Assembly: GCA_018969615.1 (NCBI GenBank)
Contig: JAGWYA010000006.1
Span: 1 to 55,153 of the forward strand
Direction: 5' to 3'
DNA length: 55,153 nucleotides
From: Patescibacteria group bacterium
GTDB lineage: Bacteria; Patescibacteriota; Minisyncoccia; UBA6257; 02-FULL-45-10c
Below the pieces are notes generated by a model. That model was not told the origin of the DNA, made no database searches, and saw only the letters and a program-made list of their open reading frames with translations. The position numbers and the translations under genes were made by a program. Shown here one piece after another: positions 49,727-55,153 of the stretch (position 1 is its first letter; the number at the start of each line of letters is the position of its first letter).

Positions 49727-50638
49727 CTATATCCCGCCCGCATTCAAAAGCAAAGCACCCACAACGATCACCCCGATCGCAATGCCTTTTTTGATCAAAG
49801 TCCCCCGGCGAAGGTCTTCATGAATAAGTCCGGGAAGCCAAAGCGACAAAGCGAGACCATAGAGAAAAACGAAGACCGGCCCGGAGCTTCCGACCGCTGC
49901 GACGAGGTAGACCGGTGCAAGAAGGATCGCATAGAACGTACAGAAGCGGGCGATGATGTAGATCAATTCGTTCGACATGATGAGCGCCCAGACCTCTGAC
50001 GATAATCCGCGGATATCGCTTCCATCCTGCTTGGGGTCCGCTGCGCGGAGAAAAAGAAGTGGAATGATCCCGATCGCTCCGCCGAAGAATTCGTACGCGA
50101 GCGTATCCCAAAAATTCGCATAAGAGAGGATAAATTTAAAAATGATCCCGGGGACCGCATACAGGAACGCCGCAAGCATCGCATACCAAAAGAACGTATC
50201 CACTTTGAAAAATCCCGTCGCTCCTTCTTCACGCGCAAGCACAAAAGCCCCGCCGATCAACAGAAGGAATCCGATGAACTCGGCGATGTTCGGCACTTCA
50301 TGTAAAAAGAAGAACGAAAGGATAAGCACGAAAACCGGCACTACCTGAAAAAGCGGGGCAACGCGCGACGCATCTTCAAGCGAGATCGCATGATAATACG
50401 GCACCAGCGCTATCTCATAGAGGACGCCTGAAAAAAGGATGAGCGCGGCGTAGACCGGGTTCAGCAGCGGGAAACCGCGAACCACGAAGATAATCATTCC
50501 GGCAATGAACGCAACGACCCCGCTGAGGATCGAAAGGAACAGAAAATCCCGGATCTTCTTTTCGACCAAAAACCGGTCGATGAACGTCGATGCGGCATAG
50601 AGCGCAGGCGCAAGGGTCGCAAAGACGATCCAGCTCAT
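49727..50638 (-). CDS. EamA/DMT family transporter
   Basis: About 10 TM helices in two repeats; EDASRVAPL, FLHE. Confidence 0.85.
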   Translation of the reverse strand: MSWIVFATLAPALYAASTFIDRFLVEKKIRDFLFLSILSGVVAFIAGMIIFVVRGFPLLNPVYAALILFSGVLYEIALVPYYHAISLEDASRVAPLFQVVPVFVLILSFFFLHEVPNIAEFIGFLLLIGGAFVLAREEGATGFFKVDTFFWYAMLAAFLYAVPGIIFKFILSYANFWDTLAYEFFGGAIGIIPLLFLRAADPKQDGSDIRGLSSEVWALIMSNELIYIIARFCTFYAILLAPVYLVAAVGSSGPVFVFLYGLALSLWLPGLIHEDLRRGTLIKKGIAIGVIVVGALLLNAGGI

Positions 50639-50641
50639 ACG

Positions 50642-52798
50642 TTATTGCACCTGGATCGTCTGGTCGAAGCTACTGCTGCCGTCAAGATTCTGGCACGTCA
50701 GCGTATAGGTCGTCGTGGTAGTCGGAGAAACACGCGCCGTTCCGAATGTTCCCGCGCTCACCCCGATGCTCGGCGTGATCGCGCACGAATTCGCGAACTG
50801 ACAGCTCCAGGTCAGGACCGATTGCTGTCCGAAGACCGAAGCTTTGTTCAGCGTGGTCGGCATCGCGGAGAAATCGCAGGTCGGAAGATCGGCCACCGTC
50901 ACCAGCATGCTCTGTGTTGTCGTTCCCAGCTGGCCGACGCAGGTCAGCGTATAGGTCAGATCCTTCTTCGCTGAAGCGTAGAAATCCTGAGAGCCGGTCG
51001 GGAACTTGCTGCCGCTCCAATCGTCGCTTGCGGTGCATCCGGTCGCGTTCGTGGCTTTCCATTGCAACGTATAGGCCGCCGGCGCCGCAAGTGTCGCCTG
51101 GTTTTGCATACCGTTCACCGACATTGTGATCACCGGTGCGCTCGTCGGCGCCGGCGGCGCATCAACCGCAACGTTGATCGATGAAATATTGGAAACCTTG
51201 CCGTCACTCTGTACCAGTCGCAACACACCGTACGCGTAGACTCCCGGCTGATCGAAGAATGTCAGGGTTCCAAGATCAACCGTACAATCTTGGACGGCTA
51301 CCGGATTCGGTATCGCGACATCAAATGTAGGGGTTCCTTGATTGAGATCGTAGTTCCAATCGCAATGCCCGCCTGCGGACATCAGCCCCGTCCATCCGCC
51401 GGTCGCATCCTGTGAAACATGGCCGTCGCGATTCGCATCATAGGCTGCCGAGAGCCACACATGCGTCGGAACGCCGCGAGTAATATGAACGCTCCGGGTA
51501 AATGTCTTTCCATCAGTGCTGATCGTTGCCTCCGCGGTCGGCATTGGTACCGCCGCGCCTCCGCTGCCGGTCATAATGACCTTCACCGAATCAGAACCGA
51601 GGCCGGGGCAATACATATTATAGGTATAGGTTCCCGGACTGGTGAGCGTATGCTGTTCCTGTCCCGCATTCGTGCGAATACCCAGCCATGAACCGTAGAC
51701 CAGGCAATACTGGTTCGCCTGCCAGGCAAGCGTAACCGTTGCCGGTACTTGCATCGTCAGCGGTCCTTTTTGCCCGTTCACGGTCAAGCCGACCACGGGC
51801 TGTACCACCTGGGTTGTGGTCGCTACCGGCGTTGGAGGCGGAGCCTCAACCGGAGGCGGAGCGGTTGGTCCGGTCGGAGCCGCAACGACCTTCACGGTCG
51901 CGGAGTACTGCGCTAAACCAAGCTGACTAAATTCCCCCGCCGCCGTGATCGTATAGCGTGTCGTGAATTTCGGCGAGACTTTTGTCGATCCCTGCGCCGC
52001 CACAATGCCGATACCGTTATTAATGGAAACCGCGGTCGCGTTCGTCGAGGTCCAGGTCAGCGTTGCGGATTGTCCGTCCGTGATCGTATCCTTATCTACC
52101 GTCAACGTCACCGTCGGCGGCGGCGGAATGTTACCGACATAGATCGTAAGGCTTCGCGTGATCGTTCCTTGCGCGGTCGATTTTGAATTATCGACATATC
52201 CCTTACAAGCAAAATTAAAATCATACACGCCGCGCTTCACGTATGTATAGGTCTTACTTCCCCGAATGACACCGGTTGTTCCGTCAAAATTCTGAGAAAA
52301 ATTTCCTGTGTCGGGCTCATTCCCGGAGAGCATACACTGTGACGCCGTCGGTCCGCTCCAATTAATAGTGAATGCCCCGCCTTCCGGAACTTTATCTTCA
52401 GTGGCCGTAAGACTTACCATCGCATCAAGCGGCGGACAGATCGTATTGCCGCGCGCTCCTGGATCTACCGGATTGAGCGAGAGCCACGAAATGACACAAT
52501 ATTCAGGCCGATATCCGCCGGCGATCTGGCCGCCAAATCTATCATAGACATATCCGCCGACTGCACCCCTTGTAGTACCCATTAACTGCTCCGAGCATTG
52601 CCGTTGATTACCCTCAATACGCTGCTGACCATACTGATTCCAAACGCAGAGCGGCGGCTGCTGCGTCGATGCGCCGATCTGTAAATTTGGATCAGTGGCA
52701 GCGAAGGCGCCGATCGCTGAAACCGCAAGAAAAGCGATGATCGCTCCCCAGAGGATGAGAAGCTGCCTTTTTGAGAACGGAAGCAGATGTCTATGCAT
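50642..52798 (-). CDS. Secreted Thr-rich surface protein with Ig-like repeats
   Basis: Signal peptide; TLTWTSTNAT, YTLTC repeats; Pro-rich linkers. Confidence 0.8.
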   Translation of the reverse strand: MHRHLLPFSKRQLLILWGAIIAFLAVSAIGAFAATDPNLQIGASTQQPPLCVWNQYGQQRIEGNQRQCSEQLMGTTRGAVGGYVYDRFGGQIAGGYRPEYCVISWLSLNPVDPGARGNTICPPLDAMVSLTATEDKVPEGGAFTINWSGPTASQCMLSGNEPDTGNFSQNFDGTTGVIRGSKTYTYVKRGVYDFNFACKGYVDNSKSTAQGTITRSLTIYVGNIPPPPTVTLTVDKDTITDGQSATLTWTSTNATAVSINNGIGIVAAQGSTKVSPKFTTRYTITAAGEFSQLGLAQYSATVKVVAAPTGPTAPPPVEAPPPTPVATTTQVVQPVVGLTVNGQKGPLTMQVPATVTLAWQANQYCLVYGSWLGIRTNAGQEQHTLTSPGTYTYNMYCPGLGSDSVKVIMTGSGGAAVPMPTAEATISTDGKTFTRSVHITRGVPTHVWLSAAYDANRDGHVSQDATGGWTGLMSAGGHCDWNYDLNQGTPTFDVAIPNPVAVQDCTVDLGTLTFFDQPGVYAYGVLRLVQSDGKVSNISSINVAVDAPPAPTSAPVITMSVNGMQNQATLAAPAAYTLQWKATNATGCTASDDWSGSKFPTGSQDFYASAKKDLTYTLTCVGQLGTTTQSMLVTVADLPTCDFSAMPTTLNKASVFGQQSVLTWSCQFANSCAITPSIGVSAGTFGTARVSPTTTTTYTLTCQNLDGSSSFDQTIQVQ

Positions 52799-52856
52799 AC
52801 CTCATTATTTTACCATAAAAACCTAAAATAGGCCTAAATAAAATACTTATCCCCAC

Positions 52857-53282
52857 TTAGTCCACATTTTCAAAATACGATATTTCACAATAATTTATTA
52901 ACTTTGTCAATTCACGCTTAGAGAGCTTTCCTTGCGGGATCATGTCGTCCGGAACCGCGATCGCAACCGCATCGATGCGCCACGACCCCCTCTTTTCCCA
53001 CAGGTCAAGATGGGTGTTCGCGTAAAATTCAGCGATCCGTTTCATTTTTTGAATTTTTTGGCGCGTAAGGTTGTCTTCCGGCAAAAGCACCGCATCACCG
53101 CCGTGTCGCACGATCGTTTTGACCTCGACAAAAACCAAAATCCCCTTCGGATCGGTCGCAACAATGTCGATCTCGCCCCATGGACGCCGGAAATTCTTTT
53201 CCCGGATGCGAAAACCTCGCGCGCTAAGGTATTCGCATGCCATCTCCTCCCCAACCCTCCCGATAGAAGTAGTGTTTTTCAT
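52857..53282 (-). CDS. yraN: YraN family PD-(D/E)XK nuclease
   Basis: GRVGE, GEIDIVA, LVFVEVK, RIDAVA. Confidence 0.9.
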   Translation of the reverse strand: MKNTTSIGRVGEEMACEYLSARGFRIREKNFRRPWGEIDIVATDPKGILVFVEVKTIVRHGGDAVLLPEDNLTRQKIQKMKRIAEFYANTHLDLWEKRGSWRIDAVAIAVPDDMIPQGKLSKRELTKLINYCEISYFENVD

Positions 53283-53411
53283 AAAAAACATCTTCTGTAC
53301 CGGCCGCATTGTGGTGTGCCGGTATCTGCCCTCTGAGTATACCCCACTCTGTCCAAGTCTGTAATGGGATCTTCCGCTTTATTTATTGCGATCCTGGCCG
53401 AGTACGCTATT

Positions 53412-54395
53412 TGTTTCACGATAAACAAATAACAAGGGCTCATGGATCAGTTCTGATCCTGTTTGGTATATCGGATCTGTTTCACGGCAAACATTTTTGC
53501 CGCCGATTGATCCTTTTAAGATGTTTGTCGTGAAACAAACACCCTGAAGTATCCCGTCTCGTGCTGCACCTTATAAAAAACGAGGCCCCCCCCTTCTTCA
53601 TATCTTTTTCGTCTATCCGGAGCCGCGAGAGTAAGCTGCGCTGATGCGGTGATCAAATAAAAAACGATCTTACGAAAAAATAAGATACGGATGTGTGTCC
53701 ATCACGCCCAAGAACAGCGGTGCGATCTTATTTAAGAACGATCGGTGAAGAAAAAGGATCCGGGCACAACTAGTATTCAAGCTGGGCCGATTAAACTAAA
53801 ATACTTTTCCAATAAAGATATGACTACTCCCCGCAAAAGCTACGACTGTTTCACGCGAAACACTGAATTCCGTATTTACTCAAAAACGGCCAAAAACTAA
53901 AAAGTGGATAACTTAAAAACCTAAAAAACTATCAAAGAAACAACTAATGCCTGGTTTGATCTATGAGACATATATGTTTCACGAGAAACATTAAAGGCTA
54001 TCTTTTGCTTGTTTAGTTTCACGTGAAACATATCCAGAGGGATTATTATGGCACTAAAACTTTGTTTCACATGAAACATTATTATAGATCAAATCATAAG
54101 TACACATAATAGTTTCACGTGAAACACAATCTAACAATTTAATATATTAAAACATGAGCTTCGATATCACATTTTGTTTCATGTGAAACATATTTATATC
54201 TATAAAATATATAAATTTATTAACTTTATTTAAAATGTTTCACAAAATAGGCGTGAAACATATATAAATATCGGCAATAACATGGCAAACTAATATATTG
54301 CCGAATTATAAGATAATTTATGTGAAACATATGATGTTAAATAAAAATAGCGCCCTTTGGACGCTATATAAATGTTTCACACCTATGTTTCACGA
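53412..54395. promoter_or_regulatory. parS site cluster in an AT-rich intergenic region
   Basis: Matches to TGTTTCACGTGAAACA at 53412, 53478, 53522, 53847, 53975, 54015, 54063, 54111 and 54175, plus half-sites. Confidence 0.85.
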
Positions 54396-55153
54396 TTATA
54401 ATTTATCGTAATTCTCGACTATTTCTATCAGATTACTATATCTCTTTGACATTCTCTTGCTCCGGCGGCGGTTGATCTGCTTTACCTTTCCTATCTCCTT
54501 CCAGTTGAACTCATAAGGGATCCAGATGCCTCGGTACCCCGCCTTAATGGCTGGGATGATGTCATCGGCATAAGTATCGCCGATGCTGTAATAGGAAGAC
54601 CCCTTATAGCGGCTCTTCACAAGCTTAAAGTCGCTATATTTGCTATCAATCGGGATAAAAACGGCATCGAAGTACTTCAGGAGACCCGCCTTTTTAAGGG
54701 CCTTGATCTTATCTCCCTGGATCTTTTTATCACCTTTAGTGATGATCACCAGAGTATCCCCCTTTTCCTTTAAGAACTTGAGGACATGGGCCACTTCCGG
54801 CTTGATCTTACGGACATAGCGGTCCTGACGGAACGCCTGGAGCCCGATGCTGTAGAGCCGGCGGATGACCTGAACGTTCAGATCAATCCCGGCTTCCTTG
54901 CACAGGATCTCATAGATCTTACACAAAGAAGTAGGGAAACGCGGCTTGGTGTAGTAGTACAACCGGCCGGTATCCGGGTTCTTCATATAGATCATCTGTT
55001 TATCCAGCTCAGCATGCCGGCGTTTGATCTCAGCCAACGTAGGGGAGTGGTCACTCAACGCACGCTTGATCTCCACGCACGCCTCTTCAGTAGGCTTTAC
55101 GTAAAAATCCGTCTTCATCATCGTCCCATCAAGATCAAAGACCAGGACCTTCT
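54396..55153 (-). CDS. HAD-superfamily hydrolase, 5'-truncated
   Basis: Frame extends past 55121 to KVLVFDLDGT; IITKG, IGD...DD. Confidence 0.85.
   Translation of the reverse strand, partial: KVLVFDLDGTMMKTDFYVKPTEEACVEIKRALSDHSPTLAEIKRRHAELDKQMIYMKNPDTGRLYYYTKPRFPTSLCKIYEILCKEAGIDLNVQVIRRLYSIGLQAFRQDRYVRKIKPEVAHVLKFLKEKGDTLVIITKGDKKIQGDKIKALKKAGLLKYFDAVFIPIDSKYSDFKLVKSRYKGSSYYSIGDTYADDIIPAIKAGYRGIWIPYEFNWKEIGKVKQINRRRSKRMSKRYSNLIEIVENYDKL

Noticed and set aside
53412..54395. CRISPR array or firm oriC call
   Set aside because: Repeats are 16-bp parS palindromes with mostly irregular spacing. Only single-mismatch DnaA boxes were seen, and dnaA is not in the window.

Overview
Most of this window looks like a Patescibacteria (CPR, Parcubacteria-like) chromosome. 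This is inferred from the N-terminally short IF2, tRNA genes lacking an encoded CCA, tRNA-Arg(GCG), CPR-type membrane and Ig-repeat surface proteins, and short palindromic inserts. The left ~18.3 kb is an integrated element whose right boundary is the 3' end of tRNA-His; one of its large serine recombinases (LSRs) reads into the antisense strand of that tRNA. The element carries a second LSR fused to two XRE-HTH domains across an apparently intact attP-like site, a P-loop protein, an ECF sigma factor, an XRE regulator, a RuvC-like and an HNH nuclease, and a 2TM K+ channel. Its most striking cargo is a class I lanthipeptide cluster (lanA-like, lanC, lanB) with no transporter or protease in view. 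The FDLD-leader precursor, with 17 (S/T)C dipeptides in mostly 4-residue spacing, forms the C-terminal tail of a 344-aa protein with a signal peptide and one TM helix. The host part has five tRNAs (His, Cys, Ser, Arg, Gly), GIY-YIG nucleases and palindromes attached to tRNAs, and housekeeping genes (rbfA, infB, arfB, tyrS, clpP, tig, hppA, nusA, yraN). It also has a threonine operon with a Thr10 attenuator and a shikimate-kinase-fold gene in place of thrB, and a dense parS array near the right end. All calls come from reading motifs by eye; no searches were run.
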